Assembly: GCA_044229145.1 (NCBI GenBank)
Contig: JBGATO010000082.1
Span: 1 to 15,502, forward strand
DNA length: 15,502 nt
DNA from: Candidatus Eiseniibacteriota bacterium
GTDB taxonomy: Bacteria > Eisenbacteria > RBG-16-71-46 > CAZEPH01
Reading direction: 5' to 3'
Below the pieces are notes generated by a model. The model worked only from the letters and a program-made list of their open reading frames with translations. It did no database searches and had not been told where the DNA came from. Below, piece by piece: positions 14,865-15,502 of the stretch (position 1 is its first letter; each line of letters begins with the position of its first letter). The position numbers and the translations under genes were made by a program.

Positions 14865-15502
14865 GTGGTTCTCGTGCCTCCCCGTTTCGCCCGCGTCCCG
14901 TGTCGCCATTGGGCGCAGGCGCCGCGCCATTAGATGCCTGGTCGAGCCCGAAAAGATACCCGACGGCGTCATCCAATCCAGGGTACCGATTCTCTGATGT
15001 CGCCGCCCGCAACCGCACCGACGGCTCGTGCAGGATGCGGTTGACCAGGGATTGTCCGTAGCGCATGACCAATTCGCGGTCGCGCTCGGAGAGATGCTGG
15101 AGCTTCGCCAGCGCGCGCGCCTCTTCCTCTGCCCGCACGTGATCGAGGCGCTGGCGCAGCGCCACCACGGTGGGAACCGCCTGCCGCGAGCGATACCAGT
15201 GCAGGAAGCGCTCGGTCTCGGCGTGGACGATGGCACGCACCTTGACGACTTCCTTGTCGCGCTTCTCTTTGTTTGCCGACACCACCTGCGCGAGGTCGTC
15301 GATGTCGTAGGTGAAGACGTTGTTGATGTCCGCGGTGCGCGGCTCGATGTTGCGCGGCACCGCGATGTCGATGAGGAAGAGGGGCCGCTTGTGCTTGCGC
15401 CGCGCCATCGCCGCCTTGACGGTCGGCACGGTGACCAGCGCGTGCGGCGCGGCACTCGCCGCCACCACCACATCGACCTCGGCGAGGATTTCCTCGTCGA
15501 CG
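14854..15502 (-). CDS. hemA: Glutamyl-tRNA reductase, C-terminal part (truncated by the right edge)
   Basis: DVVVAASAAPH, RPLFLIDIAVPRNIEP, YDIDDL, VPTVVALR, SLVNRILHEP dimerisation domain. Confidence 0.96.
   Translation of the reverse strand, partial: VDEEILAEVDVVVAASAAPHALVTVPTVKAAMARRKHKRPLFLIDIAVPRNIEPRTADINNVFTYDIDDLAQVVSANKEKRDKEVVKVRAIVHAETERFLHWYRSRQAVPTVVALRQRLDHVRAEEEARALAKLQHLSERDRELVMRYGQSLVNRILHEPSVRLRAATSENRYPGLDDAVGYLFGLDQASNGAAPAPNGDTGRGRNGEAREPHGQ

Noticed and set aside
10765..14933. Plus-strand ORFs 10765..12552 and 12906..14933
   Set aside because: Antisense shadows of hisS, the VanZ gene, ccsA and resB.
14865..15473. N-terminal 200 aa of the 828-aa ResB ORF, suggesting a possible HemA-ResB fusion or frameshift
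   Set aside because: This is an alternative frame of hemA with Arg/Ser-rich nonsense sequence; hemA has its own stop at 14854 and resB has its own SD and ATG.

Overview
Very GC-rich bacterial window made mostly of housekeeping genes on the minus strand. In transcription order these are hemA (partial), resB-type and ccsA/resC-type System II cytochrome c biogenesis genes, a VanZ-family gene, hisS and aspS (non-discriminating signature). After a gap come phoH, ybeY, two tandem CNNM/CBS (CorB/HlyC-like) paralogues and the start of a secreted HExxH protein (partial). The gap between aspS and phoH (about 4.4-8.1 kb) holds four accessory-looking genes. One is a lower-GC three-TM membrane protein with an in-frame, separately translatable C-terminal tail. 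Divergent from it is a near-leaderless HExxH zincin gene overlapping an EEP-family phosphoesterase gene. The last is a secreted beta-rich protein ending in TWGAIKTLFRR, a candidate C-terminal sorting signal, followed by a perfect 16-bp hairpin. That motif suggests an FCB-group candidate phylum such as Eisenbacteria or Krumholzibacteriota, which is an inference from recall. No tRNA, rRNA, CRISPR array or transposase was recognised. Most long ORFs in the track are high-GC shadow frames.
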